Virus record (IMG/VR): IMGVR_UViG_3300030616_000569
Length of the DNA stretch: 64,000 nt
Origin: a virus
Taxonomy: Duplodnaviria > Heunggongvirae > Uroviricota > Caudoviricetes
Direction: 5' to 3' (one strand)
The stretch's first letter is position 1. Each line of letters begins with the position of its first letter. Positions 10,401-20,096 of the stretch are shown here, piece by piece. The position numbers and the translations under genes are program-made. A model generated the notes under the pieces. The model did no database searches, was not told where the DNA came from, and was given only the letters and a program-made list of their open reading frames with translations.

Positions 10401-11517
10401 TCTTATGGCAACCACATATAGTAAATACTGGTCAAATGATACAATCAAATCATTCATTCCTAGAAATAATTCAGAGAATGGAACAATCTATACTCTTGAT
10501 GATATCTTGATATTTGAAGGACCTGATTGTGATTGGGTTAACATCACTTATACCAATAACGGAACTAAAATTCAAAATACATCATATACTCCAAATCAAT
10601 ATGATCTCGGAAAAACACAACATAATGTAACTGTTACTGTAAATGCTTCTCACAATATAACAATAACAAGAAAGACAAGATACCAACAAGTGCAGGACTT
10701 CTATTGGACAAAATATCTTGATGAGAATAAATATCAAGCAACCGTAGAATTTAATAATCCTTTGAATGACACAGTTTGGGATTGTTATTATATTATTATG
10801 TTTGCAGATGATGACACACCTGATTATAGTACTGTTGTCGTGCATGATCAAACAAATGATGTTGATCTTGATGAAGGTGAACATTATGATTGCACAGCTG
10901 ATGGTATACATTTGATGAACGACTATATTGCTGCAAGTGGATCAAGATCCTATAAGTGTACATATTATTCACAAACTGAAAATATACAGTCATCTGATGC
11001 GATAACGAAGGTGTCTATCCCTGATAGAATGACTGTTTATGATAATCAGAATTATTACTATATGGATGCACAGTGGACTAACGATAGATCTGATCCATTT
11101 ATTGGTCAAATACATATAAAGTTCGATTTTGAGGTTACTCCTGGAATGATTTCACCTTCCACAATCGATATTTGGGATGAGATAAATAACAGATATTTAG
11201 ATGATGACGAGTTCACATACACAGGTACAAGTATTATAATCAGCCAAGAATCAGTTGGCACAGTACAATCAGGATCAACAAGGATATATAAGATATATTA
11301 CTTAAATGTAGAGACAATAAATAGTGTAGCTGATGATTTCTTTGAATCTGAATTTGCTGGTCCAATTCTTTGGATTCATGTTATTGATATTGTTATCGGT
11401 GCAATAGCAATTATGTCAGTGTATGGAAGTAAAAGAGAAAACTTCAAAGACAAGTTGTGGATATTCTGGTTGTGTTTAATTGCATTATTCTTCATAAATA
11501 TGAGGTATTACTTATAA
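7471..11517 (+). CDS. giant secreted cell-surface protein (1348 aa), N-x-S/T sequon-rich, C-terminal TM anchors
   Basis: N-terminal signal peptide (IIYICIFFLAAFFMISS), dozens of NxS/T sequons (NVT, NST, NIT...), two C-terminal hydrophobic helices; no catalytic motif. Confidence 0.7.
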   Translation: MINMKYIIYICIFFLAAFFMISSDMISASIPDSHDENTLSMNTFYNSFEEHDQFVDTSPCGVTDSYHMSSFYDNYLFTIDTNCVSNYLRAFRINNGDMTPLYAKGTRYVELGSKILGMNASLFFVYQYQWNVTQNQHRIIVMKYNTVNSSFYTLDSVDVDYEVDYISLGKHPALGWYFYPFLDNDSGGYDSAFYVYNGVDIYKYPVAQQHYNTEIKAASNYTIPNGDDRSTPIFVTDYSIYSLASLGLTYQSGQLVHGGVGAHDIECVDYHVIVANGHYVETYYIYEGGIPFNYTTCDLGSDVRSIAFQNSTVVACTRYDGIYAFDLNNTGELNEIAHLTYDDIGGVQLLSNAIYKYDYVITGCLNLAAGTSTSIFSFEQFDSDRIVTKSYENITTEYYSVVNKTSPILEVPMTYNVSGINEVRDHTTGETLSKSKKLSDVVNGTYFYDVASNTVFIGTESKTIGDYTFYSVNASRNYDLDINFPLYLEVGDYYQASGYITDPYDTLMSNFEYRVNITCDDEIVIGPTYYNCSDGLINILFSTNILPADEYIVAIDYRDMSSGVTYTDGHTFWLSTDPDPGVYVTSNVHFNFYDSNKGTGLESNLFKIYTSTNYSNFTGGRVYRDNIKSQTWSLINYKVLDYFDNQIYPPINEGTYTTVVVTSVDYFIDIPINWNTYSIKNMNHSIIRFNLTNGSRTNSVYLYPYEPYYMYLLNATYTLNITYYTDDKTVVGYLQENITIDDDDFYFVPGYDLRDVIEDIKKLENRSTIVFSFFNTNAGLGLDRETMKVYVNGSRLIGDKYYTYNESDLINVTVRDYYNNTLFIRNYYINSTVVYIDVGLTFHSYVFGNLDEKWYMLSFKKDGATYWWERPIVTNSNCEFLLPTGTYRLRIYDKHYTEIYNASEAISQSKGYIIYGENLSLVIAGLSTVNGHILTLLEDFEPDIVQVGCNLPKVYSIFDILGCSNTQNITEICPAQVLMATTYSKYWSNDTIKSFIPRNNSENGTIYTLDDILIFEGPDCDWVNITYTNNGTKIQNTSYTPNQYDLGKTQHNVTVTVNASHNITITRKTRYQQVQDFYWTKYLDENKYQATVEFNNPLNDTVWDCYYIIMFADDDTPDYSTVVVHDQTNDVDLDEGEHYDCTADGIHLMNDYIAASGSRSYKCTYYSQTENIQSSDAITKVSIPDRMTVYDNQNYYYMDAQWTNDRSDPFIGQIHIKFDFEVTPGMISPSTIDIWDEINNRYLDDDEFTYTGTSIIISQESVGTVQSGSTRIYKIYYLNVETINSVADDFFESEFAGPILWIHVIDIVIGAIAIMSVYGSKRENFKDKLWIFWLCLIALFFINMRYYL

Positions 11518-11533
11518 TATTGGAGTTGATATA

Positions 11534-12130
11534 ATGAAAAGAAATATTCAAAGCCCAAGGAAAAGCAATTCATCCTGGAAGATTAAGGGAAGTGCAATGA
11601 TTACAACAATTGTATGTTGTTTTGTTGTTTCTATGGTGTATGTTTCAATTACTCATGTTGGTATGGATCCAAGAGATTGGAGAGCATTAGGTGCTGATGC
11701 TTCTCCTGGATATGGTAATTGTGGTATCCTCAATATATTTATCTATCCACATTCTGCTGATCCAGCAACCACATATGCTAGCAACTGCTCAGAAGGAACA
11801 GCATACGCTTATGGAAACTCTCTAAACTCATCTTTGACAGGTAATGTTCCATTTCACACTTCATTTGATATAGTGTTGAAATACAGATTTAATGCATCAG
11901 TAGCTTATTGTGAAACGAATACAACGTGGATGATGAGCTGGGTCAATTATACAATAAGATCCCCAAATCTTGCGATCAACGCTAATACTACAATGCAAGA
12001 AGTCCAAGTAACCGCAAATAGCACATATATGGAAGTACAATTCTATATTAATAATGCTGGTAATGGATACAAGATAACACATGGTCAGCAAGTGAATGTG
12101 ACACACAATACACCATATGCATTCTGGTAA
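11534..12130 (+). CDS. membrane-anchored secreted protein, sequon-rich
   Basis: 198 aa; TM helix ITTIVCCFVVSMVYVSI; multiple NxS/T. Confidence 0.55.
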   Translation: MKRNIQSPRKSNSSWKIKGSAMITTIVCCFVVSMVYVSITHVGMDPRDWRALGADASPGYGNCGILNIFIYPHSADPATTYASNCSEGTAYAYGNSLNSSLTGNVPFHTSFDIVLKYRFNASVAYCETNTTWMMSWVNYTIRSPNLAINANTTMQEVQVTANSTYMEVQFYINNAGNGYKITHGQQVNVTHNTPYAFW

Positions 12131-12135
12131 TCTTA

Positions 12136-15100
12136 ATGACAAAAAAGAGATTTGGTGACTACACTTCTTTTTTTCTTACTCTTTTAGTGTGTAGTACACT
12201 TGGCACAAATCTTGTCATTCCTGTAGTACAAAGAAAAAACGATTTTATTGCTTCAGCTGAGATTGACCCATGGATTATTGATGGTGATACTGTTTATATT
12301 GATGATACAAATGTTTATGCTTCAGCAACACCACACACATTAAATGGCGACGATGAAGTCGTATTTGAATTCATGTCGAAGACATATTCGGGTGATATAG
12401 ATATAGCATGGGGATTTGATACAACCGTCATGAAACCAACTGGGATATCACTTTGGCAGAATTATGTACATAATGTGTCTTATTTATCAAAAGAACAAAA
12501 ATGGGGATGTACGACACTTTATAATGTAACTGCTATAAATCCACTTGATATCAGTGATTATGATTTGTATGATGTTTTTCTAGGTAATGAAAATAACACA
12601 TTTCTTTATGAAGTGACACATAACTGTGATGATTCAGGTGATGTAAAACAGATATACGCATTCAGTGATAGATCACCAAGTGGTCCATATACACCAGGTG
12701 TTAATTACACTATATGTGGCTACTATACGACAACAGTGATACGATCATGTGATGAAACATATTTCGATTGGAAAGATTGGGATATTGATTATACACATGT
12801 TGATTGGGAACACGAAGGAATGACAGATTGGTATGTTATCTCTGATATTCCAGTTGTTTCTGGTATCACTTATAATTGTAGTATCAATATGACTATCCTA
12901 GATTATAACAATGGGACAATTGATGGAAAATATTGGTTTGCATTTAAACCATCTTCTGAGACTTTATCAGAAGCATATTCAAATGGACATCTCTATGCAC
13001 TTGATCCTTGGTATGATGCTGGTTGGAGTCATAGAATTAACATTTCTCTTAACAGCAGTCAAGTCGAAAAGACTATGAAGGAATTCCCAGTTCTTATAAA
13101 CATCACTAATTCTAGTCTTTCTTATTTTGCACAAAGTGATGGTGGCGACATTCTCTTCACTGATTCTAGTGGAAGCAAATTATATCATGAAATAGAAGAT
13201 TATGATTCATCAAATGGAGAATTGGTTGCTTGGGTAAATATTGATACACTGACATCTTCTGTTGATACTAACATCAGTATGTATTATGGAAATCCAACAT
13301 GTGGTAATCAGTGGTCGGTTGCAAATACTTGGAACTCTGGATATTATCTAGTCCAGCATCTTCAGGAGACGTCTGGAACGCACTATGACTCAACATCTAA
13401 TGATGCTGATTCAACATCATTATATCTCACTGCACAAGGTAGTGATTATGTTATTGCAAATGGTGGTGATGATTTTGAAAGAACTGATGTGAATTATATA
13501 CTTTTTTCTGATCCTGGTGATTTTAATACATATACAATTGAGCTTCTTATTAAACCAGAATCATTGAATAATTATGAGACAATACTTGGTAAATATCAGA
13601 AATTTCATTTAGATACACAAGCAGATGCAAGATTAGCATTTTCAGTAGAGGGTACAGGGGGTGCTACTTTGACAAATGCATTGACTGCTGGATCATGGCA
13701 TTATTGTTCTGCATCTGTTGATGGTGCTACCTGTAGATTGAAATGTAATGATGATTATCTACCAAATAGTTGTACAGGAAATCTTGATATTGATTTTGCC
13801 ATTGGATTTAGATCTGGATATTGGCGTGTTGATGCTTATGATGGTCTTGTTGATGAAGTTCGTATCTCAGATGTTTGCAGAAATACAAGTTGGATAAACA
13901 CAACATATAACTCAATAATGAATGCAACAGATGGTGGGTTTTTCCTTCTTGATGCACAAGAGGAATTAGACGCAGATAAACCACAAATTTCTTATGTGTT
14001 TCCAACACCACAAAACCTGAATTTTTCAAATGTTTGGGATTATGTGAATATAAACACTTCTATAACAGATACAACCAACACATCTTCTTTTATTGATTTT
14101 AATACTTCATTGCTTGGGTACTGGAATTTTGAGTATACGAACTCTACACATGTGTTTGACAACTCTACTCATGATCATCACGCAAGATTTAAGGGTGGTA
14201 TAGATGAAACTGATATATCAGCTGGTATCCGTGGTGATTGTATGGATTTTGATGGCACAAGCGAGTGGTTACGAGCACCAAATGATATAGCAAAAAATAT
14301 GACAGAGTCATTCACATGGTCTGTTTGGATCAAAACAGCAACAACGTCTCAAGATACAATAATTGGCGTAAATCCAGCGAATGGTGCAAATAGATATATG
14401 TTATTTGTCACAGCAACAGGTGTTTTATCACTTTACTCTGGAGATGCTCACCATTATACAACGGTAACTGTCAATGATGATATTTGGCATCATATTGTTG
14501 TTACAAGAGATCATGAGACTGGTTATAACAGATTTTATATTGATAGTGTCCGTGATGATACTGGTAACTACACAACAACATCACACATTGAATCTACTGA
14601 TAATGTTAGTATTGGCCAAGAATTCGACGGTGCTGCTGCATCTGATTTTTTCGATGGATTAATAGATGAAGTTGCAATGTTTAACAGGACATTGTCATAT
14701 GATGAGATAAAATCATTATATAATAGTAGTGATTATTCTCTATCAAATAATTTCACTTCTCTAAATGAAGGAACACATACATATCAGACATATTCAATTG
14801 ACAGATCTGGTAATTTTAATATAACATTACTTCGTGAGTTTTATATAGATCTTTTTTATCCACACATATCATTTAATGAGCCTCGTGATGAAAAATATAT
14901 TTTTAAAGATAAAGATTATGCTCTTATTGATGTTGATGTGACTGATACACATAATACATCTACTTTTTTTGATTGGTGTAATTCTCTTACAGGATATTAT
15001 TCTTTTGATAATCACAATGCACATTATGTTAATGATAACTCTTCTTATGACAGAAATGCATCATTTATAAATGGTAATCTTCAAGATGGTAATTTTACTA

Positions 15101-18100
15101 TTGCAAAATATGGTGAAGGACTTCAATTTGATGGTGTAGATGATACATTAAACATATCAACAAGACAGGTAATCTCATCTGAGGGCACAGTAGAATTTTG
15201 GGTAAAATTTGATGATGTGACGAAAGATCAGATGGTTCTCATTGGTGGTGCACGTGGTGCACAAGCAAAAGGTACATATGACTGTGGGTTTATTAGATTA
15301 AAAGGATCTGATAGTAAGTTATATGCTGGATTTTATTCATCAGGTGATTTCGATAACACATCATCTGACAGTGCACTTGTTGCTGATACATGGTATCACA
15401 TATCGCTCATTTGGTCAGATAGGACAAGATTGAGGATTGATACAGTTCTTCAATCAGCCAATGATGTATTCACAAATGTATTTACTTATTGGATAGATGA
15501 TTTTGTGATAGGTAGAACAATGGCAGGTGCTGTTAATGATATGTATTTCGATGGCAAACTCGATGAGCTTCGATTTTATAACAGATCATTATCACGTGAC
15601 GAGTTAAATGCTTCCTATAATGAAGCACTATATCCATTTGTTGAAAACTACACTGGATTATCCGAAGACACATACTCAATGCGTATCTTTTCTATAGATC
15701 AATATAGTAATCTAAATATTACTCCATTAAAAGAGCTTCTATTTGATTGGACATATCCTCACATTTCATTTGTAACACCACCGACACCGAACAATAACTC
15801 ATATGTCGATGCAAATCGTGATTATATTAATGTGACAACTTCTATAAGTGATGTGCATGACACATCGTCATTTATTGACTGGAATAACAGTTTGGTTGGG
15901 TATTGGTCTTTTGATTTTGTTGAGTCTATAATTGCATATGATAATTCTTCGTATTTGAATAATGGTAGATTAATAACAATGACGACAGATAATATCACAG
16001 TAGGTATAAGAGGAAATTGCAGTGATTATTGTGCTTCGTTAGGTTCTTCGATACGTGTTGTGAATGATGATTCATTGTATTCAACACCAAACAACCAGTG
16101 GACTATTGCAGCGTGGATATATCCAGATGTATTTTCTGGCAATATGGTAATAGCAAGGAAAAAGAGTGATGGTGGAGCATACTTTATCAGACTTACTTCA
16201 GACGGAGAGTTTCAGTCATTACTCCATTTTAACACTGATTCATATACACAAATAAGTGCTGGTGACATCAATTTGTCAGAATGGAATCATGTTGCAATGA
16301 CATATGATGGGTCATATAGAAGACATTATATCAATGGTCAACTTGTGAAGAAGCACACAGATGCAAAAACACTAGAATTTTCTTCAGATGGTGATTTCTA
16401 CATTGGTTGTAATGATGGTGTAAGTGAGTATTTCGATGGAAAAATAGATGAAGTGATGGTATTTAACAGATGTCTTTCATATGGTGAAATCAATTCAACA
16501 TACAATAGTTCTTCATATGCACTCTACCACAATTTTACTTCACTATCAGGAAATCATTATCCATATCGTATTTATTCGATTGATGAAGCAGGACTTCTCA
16601 ATATAACACCAGTAATGAATTCTTATATCAATCGTCTTCCGCAATTCTCTAATGAGTTTCCATTGAATAGCACTTATTATTATGATATGAGACCAACTGT
16701 AAATGTAACAATTGTTGACGCTGATAATCAAACATTGAATGTTACAGTGTTGATCAATGCATCTGGGTCATGGACTAATGTTGACAATATATATGATTAT
16801 AACTATACAGTAAGACAACTTGATGCAGCTTATAGATGGATGTTAGATGGTGATACTGTAGAATGTATTGATTCATTCCCTAAAACAAGTGGTAATAATC
16901 CTGATAATATAACAGGTATTATTCCATGTGGTGTATTTCCACTAGCAAAGACATTTGATGGCACTGAAAAAATTGGTCTTGGGTCAAAAGCAGGTGTGAA
17001 TACTGATACTACATTAAATAGATCTTTCAGTGGTTGGTTTTCAACAAGAGAAATAGATACCAACAGTAATGGACGTATCATATGGGAAGAGGGTGGATCA
17101 TCAAACTCTATTGTCCTCTATGTTCATGAAGAAAGCGGTGAAAATAGACTATACCTTGTCTGTACAGAAGGAACAAGTATAGACTATGTCTATTATCCAA
17201 TCGAAGAAAATAGGACATATCACGTTGCCGCAACAATTTGTCATCCAGATCAAGAAATGAAACTTTACATCAATGGATCTCTAGTTGCATCTGATACAGA
17301 TGGATTCGCTACTGGTGAAATAATGGCTGCACACTCTGATGGGTGTTGTATTGGTGGACCAAATGGAAGTCCAGATGGATGGGATGGTAGTTCTGTTAGC
17401 GGTTATTTTAATGGTGTTATTTCAGACTTTATATATTGGCCAAACACATCTAGTATATTAACAAGTAGCCAAATTAGTGACATCTATATGTCAGGTTCAG
17501 GTAACTACTCATATCTTTATGATAGTGCAGATGAGGCCAACACAAAATATTATTGGAGTGTATATGTTAATGATGGTGTCAACAACATAAGTCAAGTCTA
17601 TCATTTCAACACTGGAAACAGATCATTCAAAAAAACTACATCAAGTGGATACTTTACTTTTGGGAATTTTTCTTCATTCAAAAAGACATCTTCAACTGGA
17701 TATTTTACTTTTGGCAATTTTAGTAACTACAAGAAAACTTCGTCAACTGGCTATTTCACGTTTGGAAACCTTTCATATAATAAAAAAACGTCTAGTACTG
17801 GGTATTTTATATTCGGAAACTTTTCTTACTTCCAACGGACGAGTACGGTCGGTTATTTCACGTTTGGTAATTTTTCGTCTTTTCAGAAAACTACACCAAC
17901 TGGTTATTTCACATTCGCTAATTTCAGTTATTTCAAAAAGACTTCACAATGTGGATATTTTACATTTAATACATCAAATCGTGGTGATGTATCTATTGAT
18001 GTTGATTATGAAGGTATCGTGGCTGTATTAACACCTCATTGGGATTATTCAATAACACAGTATATGTGGAATGTCTCAGAAAATGATGGCATATACAATG

Positions 18101-18501
18101 GAACAACTGGATGGGTTAATAATACACAAATTGATGAGTATAGATATGCATTTGGTGATGCCGATAGTGTCACTATTACATTATATGCAAGAAATGTAAA
18201 TTTCACAAATTCATCAACTGCAATTGTTCAATCATACTTTGATCCTAGTGTTGAATTCGAGGATTACGATATTGAAAAGACAATAGATGAGCATGGTGTT
18301 GGTCCAAAAACAGAAAAGAATCCATGGTTCCCATGGAGTGTTTATTCTATTGAAACAGGATCAATTGTATTTACATTTCTTGCTATCGTATTTTTCATTT
18401 CAGTATATTTGATATTTGTAAGAAATAAAGAAAACAAAAAGATATTCAAATATGGTGATTACATAATAGAATACATAAAAGAGAATAAAAAGAAGAAGTG
18501 A
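12136..18501 (+). CDS. giant surface protein (2121 aa) with repeated LamG/ConA-like lectin modules, N-glycosylation sequons, 7 tandem 20-aa repeats and C-terminal TM anchor
   Basis: Signal peptide; five LamG-type motifs (DGLVDEVRISDVCRNTSWINTTYNS; FDGLIDEVAMFNRTLSYDEI; FDGKLDELRFYNRSLSRDEL; FDGKIDEVMVFNRCLSYGEI; FNGVISDFIYWPNTS); 3 copies of a ~330-aa module (..PHISF..NTSSFIDxN.SL.GYWxF..); tandem xKKTSSTGYFTFGNFSx repeats; C-term TM + KKKK. Confidence 0.75.
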   Translation: MTKKRFGDYTSFFLTLLVCSTLGTNLVIPVVQRKNDFIASAEIDPWIIDGDTVYIDDTNVYASATPHTLNGDDEVVFEFMSKTYSGDIDIAWGFDTTVMKPTGISLWQNYVHNVSYLSKEQKWGCTTLYNVTAINPLDISDYDLYDVFLGNENNTFLYEVTHNCDDSGDVKQIYAFSDRSPSGPYTPGVNYTICGYYTTTVIRSCDETYFDWKDWDIDYTHVDWEHEGMTDWYVISDIPVVSGITYNCSINMTILDYNNGTIDGKYWFAFKPSSETLSEAYSNGHLYALDPWYDAGWSHRINISLNSSQVEKTMKEFPVLINITNSSLSYFAQSDGGDILFTDSSGSKLYHEIEDYDSSNGELVAWVNIDTLTSSVDTNISMYYGNPTCGNQWSVANTWNSGYYLVQHLQETSGTHYDSTSNDADSTSLYLTAQGSDYVIANGGDDFERTDVNYILFSDPGDFNTYTIELLIKPESLNNYETILGKYQKFHLDTQADARLAFSVEGTGGATLTNALTAGSWHYCSASVDGATCRLKCNDDYLPNSCTGNLDIDFAIGFRSGYWRVDAYDGLVDEVRISDVCRNTSWINTTYNSIMNATDGGFFLLDAQEELDADKPQISYVFPTPQNLNFSNVWDYVNINTSITDTTNTSSFIDFNTSLLGYWNFEYTNSTHVFDNSTHDHHARFKGGIDETDISAGIRGDCMDFDGTSEWLRAPNDIAKNMTESFTWSVWIKTATTSQDTIIGVNPANGANRYMLFVTATGVLSLYSGDAHHYTTVTVNDDIWHHIVVTRDHETGYNRFYIDSVRDDTGNYTTTSHIESTDNVSIGQEFDGAAASDFFDGLIDEVAMFNRTLSYDEIKSLYNSSDYSLSNNFTSLNEGTHTYQTYSIDRSGNFNITLLREFYIDLFYPHISFNEPRDEKYIFKDKDYALIDVDVTDTHNTSTFFDWCNSLTGYYSFDNHNAHYVNDNSSYDRNASFINGNLQDGNFTIAKYGEGLQFDGVDDTLNISTRQVISSEGTVEFWVKFDDVTKDQMVLIGGARGAQAKGTYDCGFIRLKGSDSKLYAGFYSSGDFDNTSSDSALVADTWYHISLIWSDRTRLRIDTVLQSANDVFTNVFTYWIDDFVIGRTMAGAVNDMYFDGKLDELRFYNRSLSRDELNASYNEALYPFVENYTGLSEDTYSMRIFSIDQYSNLNITPLKELLFDWTYPHISFVTPPTPNNNSYVDANRDYINVTTSISDVHDTSSFIDWNNSLVGYWSFDFVESIIAYDNSSYLNNGRLITMTTDNITVGIRGNCSDYCASLGSSIRVVNDDSLYSTPNNQWTIAAWIYPDVFSGNMVIARKKSDGGAYFIRLTSDGEFQSLLHFNTDSYTQISAGDINLSEWNHVAMTYDGSYRRHYINGQLVKKHTDAKTLEFSSDGDFYIGCNDGVSEYFDGKIDEVMVFNRCLSYGEINSTYNSSSYALYHNFTSLSGNHYPYRIYSIDEAGLLNITPVMNSYINRLPQFSNEFPLNSTYYYDMRPTVNVTIVDADNQTLNVTVLINASGSWTNVDNIYDYNYTVRQLDAAYRWMLDGDTVECIDSFPKTSGNNPDNITGIIPCGVFPLAKTFDGTEKIGLGSKAGVNTDTTLNRSFSGWFSTREIDTNSNGRIIWEEGGSSNSIVLYVHEESGENRLYLVCTEGTSIDYVYYPIEENRTYHVAATICHPDQEMKLYINGSLVASDTDGFATGEIMAAHSDGCCIGGPNGSPDGWDGSSVSGYFNGVISDFIYWPNTSSILTSSQISDIYMSGSGNYSYLYDSADEANTKYYWSVYVNDGVNNISQVYHFNTGNRSFKKTTSSGYFTFGNFSSFKKTSSTGYFTFGNFSNYKKTSSTGYFTFGNLSYNKKTSSTGYFIFGNFSYFQRTSTVGYFTFGNFSSFQKTTPTGYFTFANFSYFKKTSQCGYFTFNTSNRGDVSIDVDYEGIVAVLTPHWDYSITQYMWNVSENDGIYNGTTGWVNNTQIDEYRYAFGDADSVTITLYARNVNFTNSSTAIVQSYFDPSVEFEDYDIEKTIDEHGVGPKTEKNPWFPWSVYSIETGSIVFTFLAIVFFISVYLIFVRNKENKKIFKYGDYIIEYIKENKKKK
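17620..18039 (+). repeat. 7 tandem 60-nt (20-aa) repeats FKKTSSTGYFTFGNFS(S/N/Y) inside the 2121-aa gene
   Basis: Protein-level repeats nearly identical while nucleotide copies differ by many synonymous changes (e.g. tcaagtgga / tcaactgga / tcgtcaactggc / agtactggg). Confidence 0.7.
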
Positions 18502-20096
18502 TAATAATGTCAATATATAATATAATGGAAGATAGCCATATCAAAAAAACAATAAGTTTATTTGTCGTGTACTTGATGGTAATTTCAGTAGCAGGTGTCG
18601 TGTTTTATTTTACGTCAGATACTATAGCAAAGGGTGCAACAACAAGTGATTTTGACCATTGGCAAGAGATAACTATATCATCAGCGAAAGTTGGAAAGAC
18701 ACTTCATGATTTTCCAGTTCTCGTGTTCAACAACTCGTGGGTGATTGGGCTTGTTAGCAATGATTTCACATTTTTTCAACCAGATAATTCAACAGAATGT
18801 AATTGGGAATTAGAGAGATATAACACATCAACTGGTCAATTAATTGCTTGGGTAAATATTACAAGTGTCAGTGCTGATACTGATACAGTATTTTATATCT
18901 ATTGGGATGATGATGGAGATGGTGGTGAAAACAACCCAACAAAGACATGGGATAAAAATTATGTAACTGTATTTCACATGGATGGTGAATCAACAACTGA
19001 AGATGATTCTTCTACATATGGAAGAGATGGAACGATAGATGATTCAAACGTAAATCGTTCAAATGGAAAAATTGGATACTCACAGGAAAATCAAAATGAT
19101 AATGGTTATATTGACATATATGATTCATATGGAATATTTGACGGTGCTGCTGATTTTACGATTGAGGCTTGGGTTTTAAACACAAATCTTGGTGAAACTG
19201 ATTGGTTTTTGAAGTTTGGTGGAGAATGTGATATTCATATAAAAGTTGATGGTGACGATAATAACGATGACATTTATCTAAGAAATCTTCAAGGAGCAGC
19301 TTGGGTAAATATTGTCTATGCAACATCTATAACAGCTGATACATGGTATCATACAGCAATTGCATATGATGGTGATACTGGTTATAATCTTTATCTCGAT
19401 GGTGTTGTTGATGCAACAAATGCAGAACATGGTGCAATAGATGGGAATAATGCAAATAATGTTATCATGAATGAAGATTCTGCTTCAAATGGATGGGACG
19501 GTCGTTTTGACGAATTTCGTATATCTGATATACAACGTAATTCTAGTTGGATAAATGCAATATATAATAACACAAATGATCCATCTACATTTTTGTCTTT
19601 TGGTGAAACAAAACGTGATACTTCTCCAAGTGTTACAATGACTGATATGTCTATGACAGTTGAAGGTCAACAGAGCGAAATTGTTTATGCTAACTCATCT
19701 GGTTCTGAATATCAAACTGGTGTTATGGCGATTGGTATATTAGGAACAAACTATCTCGAAAGAATAACAATAAATGTTTCTGATATTGATGATGGAAATA
19801 TAGATGGTGATGACATATATGTACAATTTGATAACGATAACGTAAGCTGGTCTTCTAATTGGCTTCAATGTTCAGATGGTGGTACTTCTATTATAATCAA
19901 TGGCACAGAATGGGACACAAATGCCTATATGAATGGTGCTAATCCATTTACTGCTGATAATGATGGTGATGGATATGATGAGATACAGACGAATGTTAGT
20001 ATCTATATGAAGGTAAAAATGGTCATACCTAGTGGCATAGTAAATACAACATATACGAACAATGCAATGACATGGGATTCAGGAAGATATTCATAG
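18498..20096 (+). CDS. membrane-anchored LamG/ConA-like domain protein
   Basis: N-terminal TM; motif GRFDEFRISDIQRNSSWINAIYNNT paralogous to the LamG motif of the 2121-aa protein; ATGA overlap. Confidence 0.6.
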   Translation: MIIMSIYNIMEDSHIKKTISLFVVYLMVISVAGVVFYFTSDTIAKGATTSDFDHWQEITISSAKVGKTLHDFPVLVFNNSWVIGLVSNDFTFFQPDNSTECNWELERYNTSTGQLIAWVNITSVSADTDTVFYIYWDDDGDGGENNPTKTWDKNYVTVFHMDGESTTEDDSSTYGRDGTIDDSNVNRSNGKIGYSQENQNDNGYIDIYDSYGIFDGAADFTIEAWVLNTNLGETDWFLKFGGECDIHIKVDGDDNNDDIYLRNLQGAAWVNIVYATSITADTWYHTAIAYDGDTGYNLYLDGVVDATNAEHGAIDGNNANNVIMNEDSASNGWDGRFDEFRISDIQRNSSWINAIYNNTNDPSTFLSFGETKRDTSPSVTMTDMSMTVEGQQSEIVYANSSGSEYQTGVMAIGILGTNYLERITINVSDIDDGNIDGDDIYVQFDNDNVSWSSNWLQCSDGGTSIIINGTEWDTNAYMNGANPFTADNDGDGYDEIQTNVSIYMKVKMVIPSGIVNTTYTNNAMTWDSGRYS

